This document shows positions 37,930 through 50,548 of a stretch of 64,000 bases of DNA, one piece after another. The position numbers and the translations under genes are program-made. Every line of letters begins with the position of its first letter. The first letter of the stretch is position 1. A model generated the notes under the pieces. That model saw only the letters and a program-made list of their open reading frames with translations, was not told the origin of the DNA and made no database searches. The DNA lies in contig MU060674.1 of the NCBI GenBank assembly GCA_013265495.1, forward strand, positions 978,901 through 1,042,900, written 5' to 3'. This DNA comes from Vicugna vicugna. Taxonomy: Eukaryota.

Positions 37930-38200
37930 CAAATGGGTACCACATCATGTAATGCCACCCATTTCTCTCTACACTTATCATCACTCTAATATTTTATGCT
38001 CTACCATCATTTTTTTTACACTCCAGCCATATTATTCTTCCTTCAGTTTCTTCAATGTGATACACCATCACCCCTCAAGACTCTCACGTGTGCTGTTAGC
38101 TCTGCGTGGAAAATTCCCCCTCAAACCCATTACACTTTTATTTGTACCCATCTGTCTTCCATGTTTCAAATCAGGTCTCACTTTCAGAAGGAAGCCTTCC
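37930..38200 (+). mobile_element. L2 fragment
   Basis: ACACTCCAGCCATA...TGCTGTTAGCTCTGCGTGGAA...TTCAGAAGGAAGCCTTCC. Confidence 0.6.
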
Positions 38201-38319
38201 ATATATTCTTGCACAGTCTGGAAGGGAAAGCAGGGCCCTCATCAGTTAATTTCAGGGGCTTAGATTTTACTCTCGGCCATTTGTATCCCTGGGGAGAAGC
38301 TTCAATAGATGTTCTCATG

Positions 38320-38470
38320 TAGATGGACCCAAGTTCAAATCCAGACTTTGCTAACTATTGGTCGTGTCCCATAGGAAGTTCATGACACCTTTCTTTAAGC
38401 CTGGTCAGCTTGTCTATTGAATGAATGATTATAATAATAATTGTTATTATTTTATAAGAATCAATGAGGT
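38320..38470 (+). mobile_element. MIR
   Basis: GGACCCAAGTTCAAATCCAGACTTTGCTAACTA...AAGAATCAATGAG. Confidence 0.55.
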
Positions 38471-38637
38471 TTAGAAGAAGGTACAGGTTAGGGATGAGAC
38501 TAGAGGAAGATTGTCACTGGAGGAAGGATAACACAAGTTGTTGCTTCTCAATTCTTCTCCCTGCCTAGTTATTTATCTGCAGCCATGTTGAAAGGTTAAG
38601 GGGCATAGTTTAGATTCCCTACCATCTCATGACAAAG

Positions 38638-38765
38638 TAGTGCTTCTAAAACTATGTGTATCAGGATCACCAGGCTCTCTGGTTCAGTAAATTTTGGGTT
38701 TCCAAGAATGCCCACAAGAACCAGAACCCCAGATACACAGCAGGCTGTACTTTGAGAAACAGTCA
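38638..38765. mobile_element. MER5-like MITE remnant
   Basis: AGTGCTTCTAAAACT...GTATCAGGATCACC...ACTTTGAGAAAC. Confidence 0.5.
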
Positions 38766-39734
38766 GTTCTGTGCTGGAGGAAAACTGGCTCATGAATGAA
38801 GACTCACGTAGATGTCCCTCTGGTAGAATTAAAGTGACAGAAGGGTTGTCAGAGGCCAGTGGTCCACTTCACAGCTAAGAAAAATAAACCCAGTCGTGGA
38901 ACAGTCCAGGCATTTGCTTAGAGTACATGTCATGTTAGTATCAGAACCAGTCCCAGGACCTGGGTCTCCTGTCTCCTATCTGGTTCGCATTCTGTTTCAC
39001 TAATTTTCCTAATTGTCCCCAAACTCCGTTTGCTCCTACACTTGTTACTGCTGCCTTGTCTATGAAAAAAGACATGGATTTCTTCTGGTATCATTGAGGA
39101 TATATTTAGAAGAACACCTTAGAGACATCTAAAGTTAGAAATATAGATAAGAAGTGTCCTCATGCTATGAACAAAGAAACACATTAAAATTTACATACCC
39201 TAACTTCCAGTCCCAGAAGGAGGAAAGCCAGCATCCCAAGGGTGCCTTTACTTTGCAGGGAAGGAAGAGCACATTCATGCCTTTCCATTGTCTACACTGT
39301 GGAGGTCATGGCATTGAGAAATCTTGGAAACTCTTGCTTAAGTCCCTCTCAGTGCTCTCAGTGTCTTCTATAGCCATGACGGGGCATTTTGAAAGCCATA
39401 TTGAGCCACAGAGAAATCACTATTTAAAAAAAAAATCCCCAAGTTATTGTTGCAAGGCTGTATTGCAGTATTTATTCACGGAAAAGTTTGTATGAGCATC
39501 TGATTACATACTGCAAAAGCCACAGTGTTTTCAAGATAGTTCTCCAGCCTCATAATACAAGCCAGTTGCCATTACTCACAGTCAAATTGGTCATACACTT
39601 GACCCTCACTGTGTTCCAAGGCCACCTAGCTCCTTTCTACAATGTTCTCTTGTACATTCTAGATTACATTGAAAAGATGAGGCAGCTTTCTTACCACATC
39701 ACCACATAATTTAATACTTCCACTGAAAGACGAC

Positions 39735-39910
39735 ATTGAGTCTCTGCTTACCATGTATAAAGCTCTAGGCAGTGTGTTTTATATGCATTGTTTTATTTGA
39801 TTCTCACAAAACCCCCGAGGTAGGGACTTCTCCCAGTTTGAGGGGACATCTCTGAGGCACAGAGACGCTGATTGCTTAAATAAGTGTACAAGGTTCACGG
39901 CCAGTAGCTG
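39735..39910 (-). mobile_element. MIR
   Basis: TTTTATATGCATTG...ATTTGATTCTCACAAAACCCCCGAGGTAGG...CTGAGGCACAGAGA...AAGGTTCACGGCCAGT. Confidence 0.7.
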
Positions 39911-41536
39911 CATTTAGTAAGATCTGTCTTCTTTACCTGGTATTAACAGGAATAAAACCATTTAGGACACAGCTGTATCTCAAATCTGACCCTTGCCAAA
40001 GTTGGAAAGTTAAGCAGAGAATTTGGTAGACAGAACCATTAAGTACTAGAGTGTGATATTTATCTCTTAGAATGAATGATCTAGCCTTGACTTGATTTAT
40101 TTCATAAGAGTTGAGGGGTTAAGCCATGACCACTTACAGATCTAAAACAAGACTGTCAGGTCTGACTGAGATGGCAAAAGAAACAAAAAAAGAAAGAAAG
40201 GGGAAAAAAAAGAAAACATGGTAGATACAAATTTTGAAACAAAATATTAAAACTCACTTCCCTTCGATTTTGCTGCTTTTGTGTTGTATTTTTATACCAA
40301 TCAACCAATAAACAAAAAAGCCTGCCTATGACTCAGTGAACCTCAGTGTTAAGAATAGCACATTTCTTGTTCTCTTTGCCTGGATTTATTTTTTCTTTCT
40401 GCATAACGGGACACTTTTCTTTTCCCTTTATTCCTCCCTGACATTTTGATTATTATGTTTTCTTTTAGGAACAACATCATTATTGTGTAGCTGTTTGTAG
40501 AAGATATTTACTGAAAATTATAATATTGGTAGTCCGGAACCTTATTGTGGAGATACCAATGCTGATAGCTATCCAACACTTTGTTCAAGAAATATGATAA
40601 GATAGACAACTATTTCACAAATGATTATATACTGTTGTCTGAGTTCTGTGCCAGCTATTTAAACAAAGGCATTACATTCATGCCCTAGGATAGCAGTTTA
40701 CCTGAATTATTTTGTAGTCATGTTGAATTATCTGTTGCATCAACAGTGAGCTTCAGTTTTAATATTAAAACTTAATTGTACATTCCAAAACCACTGATGA
40801 TATAAAAGTTTTCTTGCTTATCAAAGCACCAGGTATGAGTATTTGAAAAGGTTTATTTCTATTATGTATATAATCCTGTTTGTATTTTGAAGTTTCAAAT
40901 TATAGGTGTAACGGAGGCATTTTTATTACTCTGTGCTTTGAGAATTCTGAATATTGTAATACACCTTATTAGAATCGATGTACTGTATCATTACATATTA
41001 TAGATAAAATCATATACCACTAATGTGAGAGGGGTTATAAAATTGAAATAGAATAACAATTTTTTTCGAGTTTCTCCGGTGCTTTATGCACTTCATTTAC
41101 TAAAAAACATAAAATGGTCAGTAAAATATTTACTAGGACTTTTGAAAATCTCTAAAGGCATAAATTGAATTGCACACTATCTCTAGTTTTCTATAAACCA
41201 CCTTGCTTCAGAATAAAACAGCCCTACATCTTTTTTCAATTGAGGATTTTGTGTCTTCAGAGGCCAGTCTACCTCAATCCAGCATTAGACAGCACTTCCA
41301 TTTTTCACTGAATTCCGAGAATTTATATATGGTCGACTGATAAAACATTATAAGATGTGTGGTAGCTTTGCAATTATTTTATATAAAAATTTATAAGACT
41401 TTTACATATTTGGCTAGAACAGAGCAGCTGTACCTACTTGTTTCTTCAAAAGCTAGTCTTTATAAAATTCAGAAGTTTTCAAGTTTTCCATTAGTAGTGT
41501 CTCCCTTGTGCTATTATTTTACCTTTGTGCTCCTGT

Positions 41537-41890
41537 GTGAATACAGTCTGAATATTTGTGCCCCCCCCCCAAATTTATAAATGGAGTCCTAATACCCAAA
41601 GGTGATGGTATTAGGGCCTTTGGAAAGTAATTAGGTCATAAAGATAGATTCCTCATGAATGGGATTTGGGTTCTTTTAAAAGAAGCTCCAGAGAAATCCT
41701 TAACCCCTTCTGCCAAGTGAGGACACAGCAAGATAGCGCCAGCCTTGAGCAAGGAAGAGGACTCTCAGTAGAAAATGTGACCATGCTGGCTTGATCTTGG
41801 ACTTTGCAACATCCAAGGCTGCGAACAATAAATTGTTACTTATTAGCATCCCAGCCTGAGGTGTGTTGTTGTGGCAGTCAGAAAGTCTTG
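41537..41890 (+). mobile_element. MaLR solo LTR (MLT1A-like)
   Basis: CTGAATATTTGTGCCCCCCC...GTGATGGTATTAGG...CTCATGAATGGGATT...GTGAGGACACAGCAAGA...TTGATCTTGGACTT...AATAAATTG. Confidence 0.85.
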
Positions 41891-42318
41891 TGCTGTAGCA
41901 CATGGCACATTACTGAACAGAGGATTTAAGGCTTAAAATATGTCTTGACTCCCAGAAGGTATAATTTAAAGGAGGAACCAGAAAAATAGTGAGCAATCTA
42001 ATAGAAAATACTGCATTTTCAATCATATGGACTTCTGGTACCATTTTGAAAATGACTGACCAACACCCGGGGGTCTTTTCAACCCTCCAGGCTCAACACT
42101 CAGGTTTGTTCATCCATCCCACAGGACTAAAAGCCCGGTCCTGGCAGCTAATGCTTTTGGTACCATCAATATAAACCTGATCTGTATTAGTCTGGTTTTA
42201 GGTGTTAAACAAATGTGATACACACCTTGAAAACTTGAAAAAAAATCTACATTTCAACAAAAATGTTTCCTGTTTCCTCCTCTAGTCCCACACCTCACTG
42301 TAACCACTATGCCCTATG

Positions 42319-44159
42319 CAGCCAGACCTCAGAGATATTGTGGTTGAGTCTCTGATCACTGCAATTAAGTAAATATTGCAATAAAGCAAGATTATTTTTT
42401 TGGTTTCCCAGTGCACATACAATTTATGATTAACCTATAGAGCAGTCTATTAAATGTGCAATTGCATTATGTCTACAAAAACAATGTATATACCTTAATT
42501 AAAAAAATACTTTATTGCTAAAATATGCTGTCACCTGAGCCTTCAGAGAGTCATAACCTTTTTGCTGGTGAAGGGTCTTGCTTGGATGTTGGTGGCTGCT
42601 GGCTGATCATGGTGGTGTTTGCTGAAGGTTGGGGTGACTGTGCCGATTTCTTAAAATAAGGCAATAAAATCTGCCACATTGATTGACTCTTCCTTTCAGA
42701 AATGATTTCTCTGTATTATCTAATGGTGTTTGATAGCATTTTACCCACAGTAGGACTTCTTCAAAATCAGAGTCAACTCTTTCAAGCTCTGCTGCTGCTT
42801 GATCAGTTAAGTTTATGTCATATTCTAAATCCTTTGTTGTCATTGCAACGGTCTTCACAGCATCTTCACCAGGAGTAGATTCCATCTCAGCAAACCACTT
42901 TCTTTGCTCATCCGTCAGAAGCAACTTTTCATTCATTAAAGTTTCGTCATGATCACAGCAATTCAGTCACATCTTTAGGCTCCCCTTCTAATTCTAGTTG
43001 TCTTGATATTTCCACCACACCTGCAGTTACTCCCTCCACTGCAGTCTAGACCCCTCAATATCATCCATGAGTGTTGGAATCCACGTCTTCCAAACTCCTG
43101 TTAATGTTGATATTTTGACCTCTCCCTGTGAATCATGAATGTCCATAATACCATCTAGAATGGTGAAATCTTTCCAGAGAATTTTCATTTACTTTGTGTA
43201 GATACATCAGAGGAATCACTATGTATGGCATTATTAAATACCACATTATCAAATTTATTTCTTAAATAATAAGACTTTTGAAAGTCAAAACTACCCCTTC
43301 ACCTAGTGAATGCAGAATTTGTATTGTGTTAGCAGGCATGAAACAACATTAATCTCACTGTCCATCTCCATCAGAGCTCTTGGTCACCAGGTGCATTGTC
43401 CGTAAGCCAACTTAAGCCTTCATGGAATCGAAGAGAGTTAGGGTCTTACTCAGGACTACGCTTTGGCTTAAAGGAATGTTATGGCCAGTATGAGCTTCTA
43501 TGCAGACACTAAATCTTTCTCCATATCAGCAATAGGGCTGTTTTACTCTCTGATCATTTGTGTGTTCAGTTGAGTAGCACTTTTAAATTTCTTCCAGAAC
43601 TTCTCCTTTGCATTCACAACTTGACTAACTCTCTGACGCAAGAGACCACACTTCTGGCCTGTCTCAGCTTTTGATGTGCCTTACTCACTCAACTTAATCA
43701 TGTCTAGCTTTTGATTTAAATTTGAGAAATGTGCAACACTTCTTTTTACTTCAACACTTAGAGGCCATTGTAGGATTATCACTTGGCCTTGTTTTGATAT
43801 TGTTGTGCTGCAGGGAATAGAGAGGCCCAAGGAGAGGGAGCTAGAAGGGGGCACAGGAATGGCTGGTTGGTGGAGCTGTCAGAACTCACACCAAATTTAT
43901 CTATTAAGTTTGCCATCTTACATGGGTACAGTTTGTGGCACTTCAGATCACCAGAAAATTATGATAATAATAAAAATTTGAAATAGTGTGAGAATTACCA
44001 AAAAAAAAAAATGACACAGGAGAAAATGAGCAAATGCTATTGGGAAAAAGGTCCCTATGGATTTACTGAACTCAGGCTGGACACAAACCTTCAGTTTGCA
44101 AAATATGCACTGTCTGCAAAGTGAAATAAAGGGAAGCACAATAAAACAAGGTGTCCCTG
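42319..44159 (-). mobile_element. Tigger1 DNA transposon fossil with both ends and an internal deletion
   Basis: Both termini resemble Tigger1 (CAGCCAGACCTCAGAGATATTG at left; minus-strand CAGGGACACCTTGTTTTATTG at right, with TA at 44160-44161). ORF 42607-42936(-) LLLTDEQRKWFAEMESTPGEDAV...TTKDLEY matches the recalled Tigger1 transposase C-terminus. Confidence 0.9.
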
Positions 44160-44615
44160 TATTTGCACAGGTGAGATATTAAATTATATTTACTTTTTTA
44201 ATAGTTTTTTCAGCATACTGTTCTCTAACCCAGTTCTTGACAACAAATCAATTAATAATATTAAGTTGCTTTTACATTTGTTTGGTCTTTTTTTTTTCCC
44301 CATTGCATTTGACTTTTCTTATGAGCTGTGATTTCCAGAAACAATGACTTGTTTTGATTTTTTTTCCAAGAAATCTTGCCATTTAGGTTGTGAAATTGAT
44401 TGACTCTACCCATCACTTTCATTAATCTCTTTCATAAATTCATATGAAAGTGGTTCTAGTGACCGGCCATCGCTAAGCCATGCACTGCTTAATGACTCAG
44501 ATAATCCATAATTCAATAAAACTTTCATTGACATCAGTGTTTAGTGTTATATTTTCACAGTAAGAGAGAAAAAAAGGAATATAGTATTACCTCTTTAAAT
44601 AATGATTATTTGCAA

Positions 44616-44800
44616 GGGATGGTATAGCTCAAGTAGTAGAGCGCATGCTTAACATGCATGAGGTCCTGGGTTCCATCCCCAGGGCCTCCTCTAGAAATAA
44701 ATAAATAAACCAAATTACCTCCCACACCTCCAGAAATTAAAAATAAATGTCATTGCCAAAAACCCAAGGTCATCTTTGTTTTAAAAATGAATAAATAAAT
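44616..44800 (+). mobile_element. tRNA-derived SINE (camelid vic-1-like)
   Basis: tRNA-like head with box A-like TAGCTCAAGTAG and box B-like GGTTCCATCCC (44669-44679), AATAAA repeats and A tail; 19-bp TSD AAATAATGATTATTTGCAA / AAATAACGATTATTTGTAA. Confidence 0.85.
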
Positions 44801-45129
44801 AAATAACGATTATTTGTAACTACATTCTCCAGGAACAAGGTTATTCCAAAAGGATGTTCCTTGTTGTCTAAACATGTTCTGGAGGTGGTCTCATTGAAAA
44901 ACATACAAAACCCAAAGAAGAGAGCTTGTGGGAGGACTCCTGCCCAGTAGGAGAAGCCCTTCCATTCTTATTTCACCAATTCATTCTCTTTGTACCAAGA
45001 GGGCTGGTTGTATGTTCAGAGTTTTCCATGCTTCCTCTGATCTTTGAAGCTTCACATGCATTGCTTTGCTTAGCAAATACTTCTTCATGGCTTCTCTTCC
45101 AGGACCTGTCCACATTTTACTAATCCGTC

Positions 45130-45432
45130 AAAACTGAAAATGGGTTTCATATCATCTGGGAAGATATCTTCAAGCCTTATTTTCTGGCTTCCAATCAAAA
45201 TAAGGCCCTTTGCTTCTTTTTCTCTCTAGCAACTTGTGGTTACATTTACAATGGCTTTTATAATGTTATAAATGTACTTATACATTTATAGATGTATTCA
45301 CAGTATTATAAAGGAAGCTTAATTTGGCTGTTTATTTGTATTTCCTCTGCAAGACTATTTGCTCTTTGATGGCAATAAATTTATGTCATTCATATGTGTA
45401 TCACTGGTTTCTTAAAAATATTTGCTGAATTG
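45130..45432 (+). mobile_element. L2 3' end
   Basis: GACTATTTGCTCTTTGATGGCA...TCATATGTGTATC...AAAAATATTTGCTGAATTGAA resembles an L2 terminus. Confidence 0.5.
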
Positions 45433-45874
45433 AAAATTATGCAGATGTTAATTCATAAGTGATTTTTGTTAAATGGTCCATTGTTAAAATACTACTTCTT
45501 TAAAATCAGCATAGGACTTGAGTGAAAATGAGAGCTATTCCTCAGGATCCAGATAAGCTTAAAATAGACAAAGTATACATTCAGATAATGAGTCATTATC
45601 GGATTCTTATTTTCAGATACAGCGCTCTGTACTCACTGGCAAAAATAGTTCGAAATTTGAGCAAGGACAAATAAGATATATTTACAGGAAAGTTTGCAAT
45701 CTGTCATGTTAAAATATTTAATTACTCGAACAGATTTTCCTTTGGTAAATTTTTAAAGCTCGGATCTGTTGAAACACTAGAATAAAATAATCAGAGAATT
45801 TTCTGCTTGAATCTTGTTTTGAGTTATGAGAGATACAAATAACTAATTACCTGAAACACCTATTTGGAGAGTGA

Positions 45875-46334
45875 TGTATTGGTTTCCTTTGGCTGCTATT
45901 TTTAAAAGTACCACAAACTTAGTGACTTAAAGAAATAGAAATTTGTTTTGTCACATTTTTTGAATCTGGAAGTTCAAAATAAAGGCTATGCTATCTGGGC
46001 ACCGAATCTGGGAGGAAATCCAGTAGCCATTCCTCACGTCTTCCTGTTTCTAGTAGCTGTTGACCTGCCTTGGCTTCCTTGGTTTGCGGCTTCATCACTC
46101 ACTTCTCCACCTCTGTCTTCTGGGTGCTTCTTGCCCTTCTGTCTGTAGAATCTGCCTCTGTGATTCTTTTATGATGACATTTATAATGGTATTGAGGATC
46201 CACGCAGATTGTCCAAAGTGGTCTCCTTATCTCAATATCCTTAATTTAATTACATCTGCAAAAACCCTTTTTCCAAGTAAGGTAACATTCACAGATTCTT
46301 GGGATAATCTTGGGACCCACTGTCAGCTAACACA
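45875..46334 (-). mobile_element. MaLR solo LTR (MLT1C/D-like)
   Basis: TGTATTGGTTTCC...ACCACAAACTTAGTGACTTAAA...CCTTAATTTAATTACATCTGCAAAAACCCTTTTTCCAAGTAAGGTAACATTCACAG...ACACA. Confidence 0.85.
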
Positions 46335-47089
46335 ATGCTATGCACTGAATGGAGGGGGAACACGGCAGAAGGGGCACCATGTGCATCTGGAGATCTGAAG
46401 AAATCTGCAACAGATGCCTGAGGTTTAAATATTTTTAAGAAAAATTGTAGATTTATATGTAGGAGGACATGCAAAGAGCACTATTCAAATCAGAACGAAG
46501 GACATTAGCATAGTTAGCGTGTCTTGAATCGGGGGCTATTTTGCATCCAAATTAATTGCACACAAACCTTCCCTTTGTGCAGCTTTCTCTGCCCACTTCC
46601 TGCCAGAATAATGTTGAGACCCTGGAGAATCTGTCACATTCTGAACGTTTTCAGTCTGTTTTAGTCTAGGCTGATAATACTCTTACTGGTCACCTGTCTC
46701 AGACAATTTATATATGCACACTTCTTTTTATGAATTTGAGTCTTGTTCCATTCTAATGACTCAGAAACTCCCATAAATACTTCTTGTCTGTACAGGCCTT
46801 TTCTCATTTGGTTTTTTCAGGACTAGTTTGGGTCTGCCAAGCTTTGGTAGAGCAATGCCCTTGGATTCCTAGAAGCCCTTACTTCTAAGTGAGAAAGCCA
46901 GTCTTAGGAAGAGTGAAATTGTTGCTCTGCCTTTGCTATACTGCATGTTCTGTAAATACATGTGTGTATGCCTAAATTTTTATGACAGAATGTCAGAATA
47001 GGAACCGTGGTAAAGTCCTGGGGATACTTAGTTAAAAGGCAGATTCCAGAGCCCAGCAAGTCTTACTCAGTCGGGAACTCTGATGATAT

Positions 47090-47532
47090 AAGTATAATAT
47101 GTATTAGATAAATGATATATATATAAATCCTTATTTCTATATAAATATAGATATATCTATACCTATATATAATATAAATAAATTATATTTATATTTATAA
47201 ATATAAATAAATTCCTTATTTCTAATATATATAGTATATTATATATACTATATATATACTATATATAATATATATACTATATATATTTATTATATATACT
47301 ATATATATTTATATATATAGTATATTATATATACTATAAATTATATTTATATTTATAAATATAAATAAATTCCTTATTTCTAATATATATAGTATATATA
47401 TGATATATACTATATATATATACTATATTACATATTACATATACTATATATATATATACTATATATATTATATATAGTATATTACATATACTATATATAT
47501 ATATACTATATATATTAGAAATAAGGAATTTA
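47090..47532. repeat. AT-rich low-complexity tract with direct and inverted duplications
   Basis: (TA)-rich tract; ~60-bp direct duplicate at 47179-47238 and 47337-47396; 36-bp perfect inverted arms at 47366-47401 and 47497-47532. Confidence 0.9.
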
Positions 47533-47559
47533 CAAGATCAATGATTGAGATATCTATTA

Positions 47560-49030
47560 TGCAACATGGAAAATTAATAGTAAGTTGATTTTTTAAATCA
47601 TGAGTGGATGCTAATAAAGGCAAAAGGAGAAATTAGCAAAGTAGAAAACTAAATATACAGTACACAGTATAACAAAAAGTTGGTTCTTTAGGAAATAAAG
47701 ACCAAATTAATAACACTTTAATGTGACCAGATGAGGAAAAAAGTGATTAGGCAGAAATACCCAGTGTAGGAAATCAAACATAGAAATAAGTGCAGAAAGT
47801 ATAGCTATTGAAAACTAAAAAGACATTATGAACAATATGGCAATGACATTTTAAATAAAATGATGAATTCAGATAAAGCCAAATTTTTCACTCATAATGC
47901 AAGAAGATACAGAAAACTTGTATAGTCATTAAAGAAATCAAATAGCTATTAAAACTCAAATACATAATTAAGAAGCTTCAACAAGTAATTCTAGGCCTTG
48001 CTAATATCATTGATAAACTGAGACAAAACTTTAAGTAAGAAAGAAAATTAACCTCACAAAGCTGCTTACAGAAAATGGAGAAAAATTAACACCCACTCCT
48101 AAACACTTAACTGTGTGCTTGAAAAATCTGTACAAGGGAGACACAATCTGGTAGAAAAAGGAGCAATTCTTATACATAAGTCTCCCGAAAGATCTAAATG
48201 GCCAGAAAACATATAAGAAGACTTTTCACCCTCATTTATTAGTAGTAATCTGAAAAATTAAATCTTACCGAAAAACCACTTTGTATGTACCAGCACAACT
48301 AAAATTAAGGAGACTAGAAATGGCACATGTTGGAAAAGATACGAAAAAACAAAAATTCTTATGCAATGTTGACAGTATAAATTTGTACAACCACTCTGGA
48401 AAATTATTGTATAGCATTTACTACAATAAAATAGACAAATCAATTTTTAATTTTCATATATATATATATCAGAAATACACAGATTAAGTGGTCTCCCCCA
48501 AAATGTAAAATTATGTGTATAATAGCACCATTCATGAAAGACAAAATTTGAATGTTCACCAACAGATATATTGAAATATATTCATACACTAAAATACTAT
48601 ATAACAATAGTGAATAAATGATTTCTACATTCAGCAGCATAAACGAATCTCACACACATCATGCTTAATGACAGAAGTAACACACTCTTCCAACCCCAAA
48701 GTTTGTATCTTATGATTCTATTTATATGAAAGTCAAAAACAGGCAAAACTTATTTATGGTCATAAAAATAGTGTCATGTTTATAACCAGTTACGTTTATA
48801 AGACAGTAAGAGTTTGAAAAAAGCTTTTCAAATATTTAGTTTCTTTAACTAAGCAATATTCTTTAACTGAGCAATATTTAGTTTCTTTAACTAAATACTA
48901 CTTACAGAGGAATGCCAATTTGTGAAAATTAAACACTTCTGTTTTGGTTATATGTATACATACACATATACAGGTATATACATATTTTATATGCTAATAG
49001 TTCACTTGATTTGAATGTTTGTAATAATTA
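47560..49030 (+). mobile_element. Ancient L1 (L1ME-like) ORF2/3' fragments
   Basis: AAAAAGTTGGTTCTTT, AAATGGCCAGAAAACATAT, AAATTTGTACAACCACTCTGGAAA and TATGATTCTATTTATATGAAAGTCAAAAACAGGCAAAAC. Confidence 0.7.
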
Positions 49031-50239
49031 AAACAGTAAGGAAAAGACATGAGCAAAAGGTAATATTTTGAGAGAGTAGTTTTCTCCCAAATTTTCTCCC
49101 ATATTTAAATATAGATGTAAATCAGCAATTCTTATAAATGAAAATCTGTTATTATATTGTTATATGTGTATCCTTAAAAATTAATTTTGAAAAGAAAAGG
49201 ATTGAATGAAACAAAGAAATACTATCCAATGGAGCAGAAGGGTTAGAGAGAGGGTCTGTCTCCTGCAATTAGGAGCAAAAACAAACATGTTTTAAGAGGA
49301 GGAGTGTAATTGACTGTATTGAGTATTTCTGAGACATTCTGCAAGGCACCCACCAAGAAAAAGCTTTTGGATCTGGTGATTTTGGAGCTATTGTTTACTT
49401 TTCTAGGTTGATTTAAATGGTGTGGTAAAGGTAGAATCAAGTAGAGCCTGTTAGAGATTTCAGGCTCAGAGAATTTTGGAATCTGGGGGTGAAGCCCTCT
49501 GGTTCATTGTATGCTGTGAGACCAGTATGAAAGGACTTTGCAGGTGAACGTACTGAAATTAGTTGACATCACAATCCATTCTGTTGAGATCATCAACTTT
49601 AATGATAGGGGATTTAAGATATAAACAAAAATGCAAAAGTTTTGCTTTTTGCTTTAAGTAATTGAGTTGTACTCAGAACATATAAGGAATCAACTAAAAT
49701 TAATTTATTTAATCCATGAGAATGATTTCAAACTTGTCATATAGAAACATATGTTGGCATATTTTATTAATAAATATGACTACAAACCTAATCTCTAGGT
49801 GAAGATTCCTTTGACTTACTTAATTTTTTCGTTTGGAACATGAGAATTTAGAGACTTAACCTCTTACTGTATATCTAATATTTAAAACATCAAACTTTTT
49901 ATAAAATTATGACAACTTATTTACTTATTTAGATACTTATATCAATGCACAAAGTGTACAGCAAACCTGGTAGGGAACACTATGTGAAAACAAAATGTAT
50001 TTATTCTTTTACTTTGGTTCTGCTTTAAGAAAATGTTTGCCCTACTCTTCTGACATATCAGTTATATGATTTAGCTTTCCCAGAAGGTCCCGTGACTTAT
50101 CGGCAATATTGCAAGAGCTCAGGAACTAATAATGATGTATAGCATTTTTTAGTTATTACATTTCTCGTAGTCAGGATGAACATAGATTTGTTAAACTGAT
50201 TAGTATAAAGACGCTTCTCAAAATATATGTAACAAGGGA

Positions 50240-50548
50240 AAGTTCATGGATGAAACTTGAAAATTTTAAGGTAAGTAATAGAAGCAAGACATAAGACAAC
50301 ACACTACATGATTCCACTTAAAAGAAACGCAAACCCATAGAAACAGAATATATATTGGTGGTTACCATTGACTAGAGAAATGGAGGGTAATTACTAGTGG
50401 GTAAAGGATTTCTTTTGAGGGTAAAACATGTTTTCGAATTAGAATATTGACGTTTTCTATACACATACTGAATATACTAAAAAAATTGAATTTTATATAT
50501 AAACAGTTACATGTTATCAATACATAAATTACATCAGCATAAAAAATT
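50240..50548 (+). mobile_element. L1 3' end fragment (L1MB/ME-like)
   Basis: CATGGATGAAACTTGAAA...ATGATTCCACTTA...TGGTGGTTACCA...TTTCTTTTGAGGGT. Confidence 0.65.

Noticed and set aside
40469..40832. Good splice acceptor (TTTTCTTTTAG) and donor (CAG/GTATGA) around a Kazal-like PYCGDTNADSYPTLC peptide
   Set aside because: All three frames stop early and the other Kazal cysteines are absent; a non-coding exon cannot be supported without RNA data.
44616..44690. tRNA-like sequence
   Set aside because: It is followed by a SINE body and A tail, flanked by a TSD, and has a diverged paralogue at 51782, so it is a SINE head and not a tRNA gene.
48830..48895. Short tandem duplication of AATATTTAGTTTCTTTAACT
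   Set aside because: Local slippage duplication inside an old L1; not an array.
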